A stretch of DNA of 64,000 nt from an uncultured Planctomycetota bacterium (lineage in GTDB: Bacteria; Planctomycetota; Phycisphaerae; Tepidisphaerales; Tepidisphaeraceae). Position 1 is the first letter of the stretch. Every line of letters starts with the position of its first letter. The translations under genes and the position numbers were made by a program. The stretch covers positions 160,001 through 224,000 of the forward strand of contig CAWJEN010000003.1 in assembly GCA_963841915.1 (NCBI GenBank), written 5' to 3'. The notes under the pieces were generated by a model. That model ran no database searches. It saw only the letters and a program-made list of their open reading frames with translations, and was not told the DNA's origin. This document shows positions 18,422-28,161 of the stretch, one piece after another.

Positions 18422-20383
18422 TCACCGGCCGCGAACAGCAGAGGCGAGCAAACGCCACGACGACGACCGCAGCGGCTGGCGGCGGACGAGGCCCATCGCA
18501 TGAACACGGGCCGCATCGACGCGCCCGTCCTTCAACGCTCGCCAGCCCCACTCGCACAGCAATTTGTCTTCAGGCTCAGGCAACCAGCCGTCGAGGGCGT
18601 CTGGATCAGACTCGCCTAACGCGCGACGCTCGTACGCCTCATTGACGATCCGCGGCTTGACGGCAAGCTGCCGATCACGCTGTGTCCGCGTGATCGAGTC
18701 GAAGTGTTGTCGGTAGTCGAGCACGACGTCGTCGAGGTTCGCGACGCGGCCGAATTCGGCCAGGCGGAGCCACAGGTCGAGGTCTTCGCTCGGATACGCC
18801 CAGCCACGGTAACCACCGACGGCGTCGAAGGCTTCTCGACGCATGATGGTCGCCGGGTGAGGCAACGTGCCGCCACGACCGGCGAGCAGGTCGGCGTCGA
18901 TGGCGTCGTGCGTCGTCGGAAAGCTGCTCGACGCGTACGGGTGACCCAGCGGGTCGACCCAACGCACCTGCCCGCCCAACGCGACCAGCGACGGGTCACG
19001 GCGAATGCGGGCGACCTGCTTTTCGAGACGCTCGGGATGACAGATGTCGTCGGCGTCCATGCGAGCCAGCAGGCGGCCTCGGGCACGGGTGGCCATGTCG
19101 TTGAGGCTCGCAACCAGCCCACCCTCGGCATTTCTCGGGCGATGCGTGAGCTTGATACGGACGTCGTCACTGGCCAGCAGTTCGAGGCGGCGGCCGGTGT
19201 CGTCGGTCGAGCCGTCGTCGACGATGAGCAACTCGAAGTCGCGGAACGTCTGGTTCAGCACGCTGCGGACGGCCTGATCGACGTAGCGGCCGGCGTTCCG
19301 GGCGGGCAGCAGCACGCTGACCAGCGGTGGTGTGTCCTGCTCGACGTGGACGCGGCAGTGCGTCCGGCTGCCGTGAAAGGCACGGCGGAAGGCGGGCGGC
19401 CACGAGAACTCGACACGATCGAGCTTGAGCCGGTTGAACCACTCTCTGCGGCCGCTTTTGTGGAAGGCCCAGCCTTCTGCGAACTGCCTGGGCGAGATCA
19501 GACCGAACTCGCGCCAGACGCGTTTCCAGTACTGACGTGCCTCGCCGTAGGAGGCCTTATCGCCCAGGCCGCGGCAAGCGTGCCACATGAGTCCCGCGAC
19601 GAGTTGGCGACGATCTGCATTCATCTTCCCTGCTTTATCGACGGCCTGCCAGACTCGCACCACTGTGCCTGCCCAGCTTCTGGCGTGCGCGGCCCCCGTT
19701 CCGTGGACGGCCGCGGCCTTGCCGATGCTGCTGCGATCACCCGAGGGCAACCGCCAGCCGCAATCGACAAGGTCAGGCAGTGTTACGTGTCTGAGTCCCG
19801 CTGCCAAGGCGCGGGTCGAAAACTCCCAGTCTTGCCCGCTCAACGCCTGCTCGTCCCACGCGCCGATGCGGTCGAGCGCCTCGCGTCGCCACGTGGGGCC
19901 GGTTGTTTGCCACACCGGATCGCGGGCGAGATAGCGATCGAGATCTCCGGACGGATCACCGAAGCGGTTCCAGGCCAGCGTCGTATCGCCGATCGTGTCG
20001 CGGAACAGGCCGCACTGACTGACAGCAAAGTCGACGTCGGGCCGGCTGTCCATGAAGTCGATTCGCTGCTCGATGCACGTCGGCGTCAGCAGGTCGTCGC
20101 TGTCGAGGAAGACAACGTACCGCCCGCGGGCAAGCTCGACTCCGACATTGCGAGCCGCAGACGCGCCGGCACGACGTTCTGGAAGGGCGACAAATCGAAC
20201 CTGGTCTACAGGTAGCTGCTGCCCTACAAACGACGCAACGACCTCTTCGGTGTCGTCCACGCTCACGTCGTCGACGACGATGGCTTCCCAGTCGACAGAT
20301 GTCTGAGCTGCGAGTGAGGCCAGCGTCTCACGCAGCAAGGCGGCGCGATTCTTGGTCGGGATAACGACGCTGACGGCTGGCAC
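18422..20383 (-). CDS. Tandem GT2-GT2 fusion glycosyltransferase
   Basis: Two full GT2 domains (SVVIPTKN…FLDSDD…QDWEF and SVLLPARN…RMDADD…EDLDLW). GTG start inferred. Confidence 0.9.
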   Translation of the reverse strand: MPAVSVVIPTKNRAALLRETLASLAAQTSVDWEAIVVDDVSVDDTEEVVASFVGQQLPVDQVRFVALPERRAGASAARNVGVELARGRYVVFLDSDDLLTPTCIEQRIDFMDSRPDVDFAVSQCGLFRDTIGDTTLAWNRFGDPSGDLDRYLARDPVWQTTGPTWRREALDRIGAWDEQALSGQDWEFSTRALAAGLRHVTLPDLVDCGWRLPSGDRSSIGKAAAVHGTGAAHARSWAGTVVRVWQAVDKAGKMNADRRQLVAGLMWHACRGLGDKASYGEARQYWKRVWREFGLISPRQFAEGWAFHKSGRREWFNRLKLDRVEFSWPPAFRRAFHGSRTHCRVHVEQDTPPLVSVLLPARNAGRYVDQAVRSVLNQTFRDFELLIVDDGSTDDTGRRLELLASDDVRIKLTHRPRNAEGGLVASLNDMATRARGRLLARMDADDICHPERLEKQVARIRRDPSLVALGGQVRWVDPLGHPYASSSFPTTHDAIDADLLAGRGGTLPHPATIMRREAFDAVGGYRGWAYPSEDLDLWLRLAEFGRVANLDDVVLDYRQHFDSITRTQRDRQLAVKPRIVNEAYERRALGESDPDALDGWLPEPEDKLLCEWGWRALKDGRVDAARVHAMGLVRRQPLRSSSWRLLASAVRGR

Positions 20384-20400
20384 AACGTGGTCGTCAGGGT

Positions 20401-21725
20401 TCAGGCGGCCTCCCGCCACTCAGCAGGTAGTACGACGACCGCCTGCTTGTTGTTGGGCACTTTGCCCGTGCCGAGCAAATCACTGAACGTGACCTCCAGG
20501 TCTGCCGCCCGCTCGACGCGCTCAAGGATGGTAAAGCCGTCGGCTGCAACGAGCTCGATGTGGTACGTCCCGGCGCGAGCGGCAAGCTCGGCACGTGGCA
20601 GATAAGCTTCTTCTCAGCAGAACCTCGCATGATGAGGTTTGCGTTGTACTCGCTGTGAAAGAGGGCGACGCGCTGCCCGCGGCCGTTGAGCAGGGCCAGG
20701 CCGCACGTGATGTTGCCGGGCTGGTCGAAGTCCTTCATACCGATCTCGAAGGTCACGCCGCGACCGGTCGGCACGACGGCCTGCTGCTTGCCGTGCTCGT
20801 CGATGATCTTGAGATCATGAAAGATCGGCGGCCTCGTTTTGTCCTGTGTCCGCGGACGATCGACCAGGGCAATGCCTGCCTCCTGCTCACGGGCGCCGAG
20901 ATACTGGGCAATACCGGCTTCGGTGTCCATGCGTTCACCCGCTCTGCCGCCGTCGACGACCATCACACTCTGGCACAGGCTGGCGACGGCGTCCATCTGG
21001 TGGCTGACGAAGAGGACGGTGCGGCCTTCCTTGACCACGTCGCTCATCTTGCCAAGGCACTTCTTCTGGAACGCAGCGTCACCGACGGCGAGTACCTCGT
21101 CGACGATCATGATCTGTGGATCAAGGTGCGCTGCGACGCTGAAGGCCAGCCGGACGTACATGCCGCTGGAGTAACGCTTAACGGGCGTGTCGAGGAAGCG
21201 TCCGACCTCGCTGAACTCGACGATGTCATCGAACTTTCGCTTGATTTCCTCGCGTCTCATGCCGAGGATCGCGCCGTTGAGGTAGACGTTCTCGCGGCCG
21301 GTGAGTTCGGGGTGGAAGCCGGTTCCGACTTCGAGGAGCGAGGAGATGCGGCCGCGCATGGTGACGCGTCCACCGGTGGGGTCGACGATGCGGGAGAGCA
21401 CTTTGAGGAGTGTGCTCTTGCCGGCGCCGTTGCGGCCGATGATGCCGACGGTTTCGCCGGCACCGACTTCGAAGTTGACGTCTTTGAGGGCCCAGAACGT
21501 GTCACCCTCGCCGCGGCCGACCTGGTCGTCGACGAAGTCTTCGCTGAGCCGCCTGCGTGTGTCGCGGATGGAGCCGGTGACGACGCGGGCAGGCTTTTTG
21601 AGCCAGTCGCCGAGTGACTTGACGAGCGTGTTGTCACCGCCGATGGCATTGCGACGGGCCGACGCGTCGGCGAGGCCGATGCGATAGGCCTTTGAGAGAT
21701 TGTCGACGCTGACGGCGGGGAGCAT
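20401..21725 (-). CDS. wzt: Polysaccharide ABC exporter ATPase Wzt with C-terminal carbohydrate-binding domain; 1-bp frameshift near 20570
   Basis: GRNGAGKST, YSSGM and DEVLAVGD motifs. Restoring one base gives LPLAPGTYHIEL…WREAA* ending at 20401. Confidence 0.88.
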
Positions 21726-21734
21726 GACGAAAGT

Positions 21735-22661
21735 TCAGGCGATATCGGCGAATCGACGCTCGACGCCGCGGAAGTAGGCGATGCCGACGACGAAGATGAT
21801 CGGGCACAGAATCAGGCTGCCGGCGATGAGCTCCCATCGCCAGGGCATGCCGCAGATGGCGCTCTGCCACGCACTGACGATGCCGGCGTACGGGTTGAAG
21901 GCCGCGATCCAGACGTGCTCGCCGAGCACCTTGTCGATCGGCACGACGACGGCACTGAGCCACAGACCGAATTGCGTCAGAAACGGAATCAGGAAGCGAA
22001 TGTCGCGGTACAGCACCGTCAGGCCGCTCAGCAGGATGGCCGAGCCGGCACCGGCGATGAACGTCAGCGGAATCAGCAGCGGGATGGCCAGCAAGTCGAG
22101 TGTCGGCGTGTAGTCGCCTCGGGCCCAGAAGAAGACACCAAATCCGAGCGCGACGAGCAGGGCGACGAGCGTGTCGACCATCGCCGTGCCGCAGGAGGCA
22201 ACCGGGATAAAGATCCGCGGCATGTAGATTTTGCTAAGCAGATGCTGGTTGTAGACCAGCGACAGCCCGCCATCTGAGATTGACTTCTGGATAAAGCTCC
22301 ATGGCGTCATGCCGGCCGCGACGATCAGCAGCCACGGCACCTTCACGTCTTCACCGAACCCGACGGCCGAGCCGAACATGCCGTAGATGAGCGTGCTGAC
22401 CAGCGGCACCATCACCGCCCAGGCGATCCCAAGGGCGGCCATCTTGTAGCGGACCTTCACGTCGCGCCAGACCAGAAAATAGAGCAATTCCCGGAACTTC
22501 AGCAGCTCGGCGAAAAACGACTTGTCGAGTACGACGCCAAGGCCTCTGCCGCGACGCGGCTCGATGACGAGCACCTCGCGGTCATCGCGTTCGACGGCAT
22601 CGGCTCGAGGATCTTCGCTCAGCATGGCCATACGAGGATCAACAGAGGCGGCGGACGACAC
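21735..22661 (-). CDS. wzm: Polysaccharide ABC exporter permease Wzm
   Basis: RELLYFLVWRDVKVRYK, KIYMPR and C-terminal ERRFADIA. Confidence 0.92.
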   Translation of the reverse strand: MSSAASVDPRMAMLSEDPRADAVERDDREVLVIEPRRGRGLGVVLDKSFFAELLKFRELLYFLVWRDVKVRYKMAALGIAWAVMVPLVSTLIYGMFGSAVGFGEDVKVPWLLIVAAGMTPWSFIQKSISDGGLSLVYNQHLLSKIYMPRIFIPVASCGTAMVDTLVALLVALGFGVFFWARGDYTPTLDLLAIPLLIPLTFIAGAGSAILLSGLTVLYRDIRFLIPFLTQFGLWLSAVVVPIDKVLGEHVWIAAFNPYAGIVSAWQSAICGMPWRWELIAGSLILCPIIFVVGIAYFRGVERRFADIA

Positions 22662-22724
22662 AGTCAGCGTATCGGCATGATCCGACGACCGCTGTAACTC
22701 ACAACGCTTCGGACGCGTGCCGCG

Positions 22725-23972
22725 TCAATACGCTCGGTAAATGCGCGTCTCCGGATAGCTCCGCGTCACGATATTCGTGTAGTCGGCACCGGCCTTGGCC
22801 ATGCCTTCGGCTGACCATTGGCACATGCCCACGCCGTGACCCCAGCCATGACCGTCTGCCAGCACGACGTTGTCGGCGTTATTGATCGGCCGGAACCAGC
22901 CGCTGTAGACCGTGCTACCGGCCGAGGCGTCGGTGTTGATCGACCAGCGAATCTCTTCAGGGTTCAGCGGGAACTTTCGACCGACCGCGTCGATCACCTC
23001 GTACTGCGTCGGCCGCCCGAAGGCGTTGCGGCTGAGTACGTTGAGCTGATTCAGCTTCGACATGCGGCGGATTTCGTGCCCGTTGCGCTCGCCCCACAGG
23101 CGAATGCGTCGCGTCAGCTCGTCCTTCTTGAGGACGATCGGGTCCCAATTGAATCGCTTGGACGCACGCCCGAAGTCGCCGAGCGACTGCGCCGAGAGGG
23201 CGGGCGTCTCCTTTTCGCCGAAGATGAGCTGGCCGTCGAGGGTGACGCCGCCGCTCGTCGAGTGGAAGTAGGCTTTGAAGATGCGTGGCCCTTCGTCGGT
23301 TTCGTGCGTCACCACCTCGCCGCTGGTCCGCATGACGGCCCGCCTGCCGCGGTCGGTCTCTGCTAACGCGCCGCCGTAGACCTGGCTGCGGGTATCGTCG
23401 TAGACGTCGAAGAATCCGCGTGCGTCGCCTGCTGTCTTGACTTCGTAGAGCGCGTAGGTGCGTGCGACGACCGCCTGGGCCTCGTGCGACGCCTCGCTCC
23501 AGTGGCCGGGAATCTCGCCCGGTAGCACGCCCGCAAGGTAGTCTTCAACGCCAAGATCATTGACGACATCGAAGTTGCCACTGCCACGCGAAATCAAACG
23601 CAGCTTGCCGCGGTAGGCCCGGTCACCGAACTTCATGACCCCACCGTCTTCGGCACCGATCGTCAGCACGTCACCCTCGAAGCGGCCGTCTCCGATTCGC
23701 CAGCCGGCTGCGTCTCGTGTCAGCCGCACGAGGCCGGGCGGGAACGTCGCCCGCACGGCACCGCGGCCTTCGATACCGTCGATGATCACCGGGCCGCCGC
23801 TTCCGATGGCGGCTTCTGTCAGACCCTGGCCCAGCAGGACGCGGATGAGCGGATCTGCCGTCGTGTCCGCAGTGCCCGCCGACACATCTGCCGTGCCGCA
23901 TCCGCTGAGGGACAAGCCGCCGATGGCGAGGCTGCTGAAGGCAAGAGTGTGGAGAAGGTGCTTGAGCCGCAT
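22725..23972 (-). CDS. SpoIID/LytB-family lytic transglycosylase lipoprotein
   Basis: Lipobox LSGC; EDYLAGVLPGE, AQAVVARTYA, SQVYGG and GWGHGVGMCQW motifs. Confidence 0.92.
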   Translation of the reverse strand: MRLKHLLHTLAFSSLAIGGLSLSGCGTADVSAGTADTTADPLIRVLLGQGLTEAAIGSGGPVIIDGIEGRGAVRATFPPGLVRLTRDAAGWRIGDGRFEGDVLTIGAEDGGVMKFGDRAYRGKLRLISRGSGNFDVVNDLGVEDYLAGVLPGEIPGHWSEASHEAQAVVARTYALYEVKTAGDARGFFDVYDDTRSQVYGGALAETDRGRRAVMRTSGEVVTHETDEGPRIFKAYFHSTSGGVTLDGQLIFGEKETPALSAQSLGDFGRASKRFNWDPIVLKKDELTRRIRLWGERNGHEIRRMSKLNQLNVLSRNAFGRPTQYEVIDAVGRKFPLNPEEIRWSINTDASAGSTVYSGWFRPINNADNVVLADGHGWGHGVGMCQWSAEGMAKAGADYTNIVTRSYPETRIYRAY

Positions 23973-24073
23973 GATCCGTCGTGCGTGGGTCGGCGAGGAA
24001 GTTGCTTGGAGGGAACCGGTGGCATCGTGTCGACGCCGGCCGCAGTATCACCGGGCCAAGCGTAACCTTCAAG

Positions 24074-25108
24074 ATGCGCCGGCTCGCCATCACCTTGACG
24101 CTCGTGCTCTCGTCGGTCGCGACAGCCGATCCCACGCTCGTCAACCCCGACCTGACGGTCGAAGAACGCCTCGTTGAGGCTGAGAAATTCGTGACCAACG
24201 AGCTGGCGGAGGGCGTCCTGCAGGAAGGTCGGCCGCTCACCGTAAGCATCGTGGACGGCACAATGACGCTGGTTGCCCCGGACAACGCTGTGCCGCGAGC
24301 GACGTACAACCTGCCCGGCGGGACCGCGATTTTGCGGGTGAACTTGCGCGGATTTAACCTTCGTCTGCCCACCGCCGGTTCGCTGGCTGCGGTCGAGGCG
24401 GGTACGGAGCCGATTGTCCGCTACATCAACGTGTTCAGTCGGCCCGACGGGTACAACATCTCCAGCGACGCAGACTTCGTCGACGCATCGGTCAACATCG
24501 ACCTCATGCGGCAGGGCGGCATGATGAACATGGAAGGAAAGACGACGGTGACGCTGCGGGCGACCCGCTCCAACTTCGACGGCACGTCGAAGATGATCGA
24601 GGTGACCGAGGACGACCTCGTTTCGCTCCGCCGAAAGCACCGCGACGTGTTCGATGAGTGGGCACTGCCGATATTCGTGGCAATCGGCATCGATGACGTG
24701 CTGGCGGCTGAGGTGCGGGCAACCGCTATAGCAGTTTTCCTACCGTTCATCGAGACGGACGAGGCGACCACGCAGCAGGTGCTTCAGGCGATAACGGGTT
24801 TGGATGCAGCCGACTTTGCCGATCGATCAGCCGCCGGGCGTGCGTTGTCGGAGACCGGCATCACCGGTGCCGCCGCCGTCAGCCGGATGTTGGCCGACAA
24901 AGCGTTCAAGCTGACGGACGAACAGCGGGCGGCGCTGACGAACTTCGTCGAGAAGTTCGAGGTACTGCCACCCGAGGAGGCGGCGAGGCTCGCGGCCGAC
25001 CCGACTTTCCTGAGTGACGTACAGGCATTGGACGGCGAGCCACACGACAACGTCCTCGTCGAGGCCGCCCGTGTTGCACGACAGCGTCTTCGCGACGCAG
25101 CAGAGTGA
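24074..25108 (+). CDS. Hypothetical exported protein with C-terminal HEAT-like helices
   Basis: Signal peptide MRRLAITLTLVLSSVATA; C-terminal LDAADFADRSAAGRAL segment. Confidence 0.7.
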   Translation: MRRLAITLTLVLSSVATADPTLVNPDLTVEERLVEAEKFVTNELAEGVLQEGRPLTVSIVDGTMTLVAPDNAVPRATYNLPGGTAILRVNLRGFNLRLPTAGSLAAVEAGTEPIVRYINVFSRPDGYNISSDADFVDASVNIDLMRQGGMMNMEGKTTVTLRATRSNFDGTSKMIEVTEDDLVSLRRKHRDVFDEWALPIFVAIGIDDVLAAEVRATAIAVFLPFIETDEATTQQVLQAITGLDAADFADRSAAGRALSETGITGAAAVSRMLADKAFKLTDEQRAALTNFVEKFEVLPPEEAARLAADPTFLSDVQALDGEPHDNVLVEAARVARQRLRDAAE

Positions 25109-25110
25109 GG

Positions 25111-26319
25111 CTACTTGGTGAACCGCACCGGCAGGCCGACGCGTCCGTCTGCATCGCACTCGATGTCGAGCAGTCGCTTGCCCCGCGTGTCGTCGGCAAT
25201 CTTCAGGGCACGAAGCACGCGACGCCTCAACTCGAGCCGCACGCGATCAATTTCGGTCGGCGACCCGTTGTCGAGTCGGATGACGCCGCCCGCCTTGGTG
25301 CGGTGACCGCCGCCCTCGCCGATGCCGCTGATGGCTTTGCGCATGATCTCGCCGGCCGACAGGTCCAGCTTTCCGGCACGCCCGCTGATGACGAGTCGGT
25401 CTGGCTTGTCCTTGTCGGCGACCCCGGCCGTCGCGGTTACGATCACCCAGTCGACGCCGTCGTACCGGAGCAGAAAGTCGGCAATCACGGCCGGTTTCTC
25501 AAGGAACTCGATCGGCCCCAGGTGGGCGAACATGACACGCTCGTACATCTGCGCGTCGGCCAAAGCGTTGGCGTAGCTGACAAAGTAGTGCTGCGGCAGC
25601 TCGACGTGCCGCATGCGGTACAAACGCCGCGTGTCGGCCCGCACGGTCAGCGTCGACAGCGCAAGATTATCCAAATCACTCGGCTGCCCGGCAGCACCGG
25701 CGAGATCACTTTCAATCGCGTAGACCATCGTCGCCGCCAGGGCTGGTGATGGCTCGATGTCGAGCTCCATGAAGTAGGAGAAGACGATGCTGGCCGTCGC
25801 ACCGACGTCGGTGCGGATGTCGACGAACTCGGCTGTCGGCTTTCGGCCGCGGGCGCGGTGGTGGTCGATGATGACCGTCGGCGCCACGTTCTCCGGCAGC
25901 GGCGAGTTGCGGAAGGTCGGCTGCACGTCGCACAGCACGATCGCGTCGTAGCCACGCGAATGGTTCGGGTCGGTCAGTCGAGCGTCATCCCATGCCGTCA
26001 GGTCGAGCTGTGCATTTTTGGTGAACGCGTCGTTGATGCCGCCTGCCGACTCACCGATGACAGCCACGTCGACATCCGGCCGATCGGGACCCTTTTCGCC
26101 CGCCAAATCGGCCAGCTTCTCCTGGAGCAGATGGCGTAGTGCGACGACCGACCCGAGCGCGTCAGGATCGGGGTGGCGGTGGCAGGTGACCAGAATGCGC
26201 CGCTTGCCGCGAAGGACAGACAACAGCTTTCTCGCCTTCGGCCGGCCACGTTGCCCCTTGGCAGTGAGCTTGGCGGCGTCTTCGACAGAGTCGACGAGGT
26301 TTTCAACAAACTGCGTCAA
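25111..26319 (-). CDS. DHH/DHHA1 phosphoesterase (NrnA-like)
   Basis: HPDPDALGS, IIDHH and GGGHRTKAGG motifs. Confidence 0.9.
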   Translation of the reverse strand: MTQFVENLVDSVEDAAKLTAKGQRGRPKARKLLSVLRGKRRILVTCHRHPDPDALGSVVALRHLLQEKLADLAGEKGPDRPDVDVAVIGESAGGINDAFTKNAQLDLTAWDDARLTDPNHSRGYDAIVLCDVQPTFRNSPLPENVAPTVIIDHHRARGRKPTAEFVDIRTDVGATASIVFSYFMELDIEPSPALAATMVYAIESDLAGAAGQPSDLDNLALSTLTVRADTRRLYRMRHVELPQHYFVSYANALADAQMYERVMFAHLGPIEFLEKPAVIADFLLRYDGVDWVIVTATAGVADKDKPDRLVISGRAGKLDLSAGEIMRKAISGIGEGGGHRTKAGGVIRLDNGSPTEIDRVRLELRRRVLRALKIADDTRGKRLLDIECDADGRVGLPVRFTK

Positions 26320-26373
26320 GAGCGGGACGAGGGTAGGCCGACGCGACCGCGTGACGCAGCGGGACCTGCGACG

Positions 26374-27555
26374 ATGTCACTAGGCTGCCCCGTGACCGCC
26401 GCCCCTGCCGACCTTGCCAGCCCCGTCGCCGTGCCCGTCGACTTCGGCGATCCCATCAACGCCCAGATCCTCTCGGTCAGTGAAGACCAGTTGCAGGGCT
26501 TTCAGACCGACCCGCTCGGCGAGATCGCCAGCCGGACAGGCCTTGACCGCCAGATCGTCGTTGAACGGATCTCGGCGATGCTGCAGGCTGGCACGATCCG
26601 CCGCGTCAGGCAGACGCTGCTGGCCACGTCGCTCGCCCGTGGCGCGCTCGTCGCCTGGCGCATCAAGGAGAGCAAGCTGCACGCGATGTTCGATTGGCTG
26701 TCGCAGAACGATCCGTTCAGCGGCCACGTCGTCGTCCGCTCGACAGACCAGAAAATCCCCGGCCGCAAGTTCCGCCTCTGGACGACGCTCAAGGTGCCGG
26801 TCGGCTACTCGCTGCACAAGCACTGCGAGGAGCTTCGCCAGCGTCTAGGTGCTGAGAAGTTCGTTCTGCTGCCGGCCAAGAAGCTGTTCGCCCTGGGCGT
26901 TGGCCATGCACGACGCAAGGACCTGCAGCCAGGCGACAAGACCGACGAGCCGGGCCGGGTGATCGACGTTGAGGTGACACCCGTTGCCGACGACGAGTGG
27001 CCGATCCTGGAGGCCCTCAAGCGTGAGTTCACCGCAGAAGAACTGGCCGCGGAGTCACTGTGGCAAGGGCGTGCCGCTGAAGCCGGCGTGTCGCTCGAGG
27101 AGTTCCTCTCAAAGGCCAACGAACTTGCCGAGCGTGGCGTCATTGGCCGGTTCAGCACGTTTCTCGAGCATTACAAGAAGCTATCGACGGGTGAACGCGT
27201 CACGAAGTTCAACGCGTTGTTCCACTGGAAGGTGCCAGAAGGACGCGAAATTGAAGCCGGTCGCGAGATCGGCCGTTTCCATTGCATGACCCACGCCTAT
27301 TGGCGAGAGGCGGGCGAAGCATTCGGCAACGTCAACCTCATGGGCGTCAGCCATGGCACCGACAAGGACAAGGTGCTGGCCCACAAGGCGGCCATCGACG
27401 AGCACCTCGCGTCGATCGGTATCGATGTCAGCTACACCAACGTCTTCTGGGGCGGCAGGAGCGAAATCAAGCCGAGCGAAGTCTCACCAACCGCCTTCCG
27501 CGAGTTCTGGCAGGGTCTGGGCGTGAATCCGGAGTCACTTCGGGACAGCGATTGA
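26374..27555 (+). CDS. Lrp/AsnC-like duplicated protein (fused NirD/L / AhbA-AhbB-like)
   Basis: Two HTH+RAM repeats (EIASRTG…GTIRRV; RAAEAGVS…GVIGRF) with H-x3-R-like motifs GHVVVR and THAYWR. Confidence 0.65.
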   Translation: MSLGCPVTAAPADLASPVAVPVDFGDPINAQILSVSEDQLQGFQTDPLGEIASRTGLDRQIVVERISAMLQAGTIRRVRQTLLATSLARGALVAWRIKESKLHAMFDWLSQNDPFSGHVVVRSTDQKIPGRKFRLWTTLKVPVGYSLHKHCEELRQRLGAEKFVLLPAKKLFALGVGHARRKDLQPGDKTDEPGRVIDVEVTPVADDEWPILEALKREFTAEELAAESLWQGRAAEAGVSLEEFLSKANELAERGVIGRFSTFLEHYKKLSTGERVTKFNALFHWKVPEGREIEAGREIGRFHCMTHAYWREAGEAFGNVNLMGVSHGTDKDKVLAHKAAIDEHLASIGIDVSYTNVFWGGRSEIKPSEVSPTAFREFWQGLGVNPESLRDSD

Positions 27556-27714
27556 GTGAGGGCGAAGCTTCATCAGCATGATGCTCAAACTGCTAATGTT
27601 TGTTTTGAGCATCAAACGCTGGTGGAGCGTTCACGGTGACGGCATCGGCAACACGCTTAGTGGACGGTGACGCGGCTGCTGACGATTCGCCACCGCTTTC
27701 CCGTCGATGTCTTT

Positions 27715-28131
27715 TCAAGCTGGCTCTCGCTCTCCCGCTGCAATCTTCGCACACGCTTCGGCCGACCGTTCCCGCACTTCGGCGGGCGTCTTGCCATCGC
27801 GGATCCAGTCGGCAAAATCGCGTCGCTCGTTGCCGTCGAGGTCCTTCCACCGTTCCTGTGCGGCAGAATTCGCCTTCAGGCCGCGGTGCAGATCGAGTGG
27901 GACGACGGCAAAGCAGCACGGTCGCGCCTTGCCATCGGCAAGCATCGACAATGCAACAGTGATTCGCTTGCGACGGGTAGCCGGCTGTCGCGCTTCGGTG
28001 ATCCAGCTGACGAAGTCTCGCCTGCCCAATGGCGTGAGCGCGTCCCACCGTGACTGCGCCTGGGTGTCTTCAGCGAGGGCATCGGCCAAGCCCGTAGGGA
28101 CATTGTCTCGATGAATGCGATCCTGCTTCAT
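27715..28131 (-). CDS. YdeI/OmpD-associated family protein, duplicated domain
   Basis: Two repeats: VP..L..AL…W..L…RRDFV.WI..A…TR.KR and VPLDL…WKDL…RRDFADWI. Confidence 0.8.
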   Translation of the reverse strand: MKQDRIHRDNVPTGLADALAEDTQAQSRWDALTPLGRRDFVSWITEARQPATRRKRITVALSMLADGKARPCCFAVVPLDLHRGLKANSAAQERWKDLDGNERRDFADWIRDGKTPAEVRERSAEACAKIAAGEREPA

Positions 28132-28161
28132 CTACAGAGTTTAACGGCTGATCGGCGTTTG

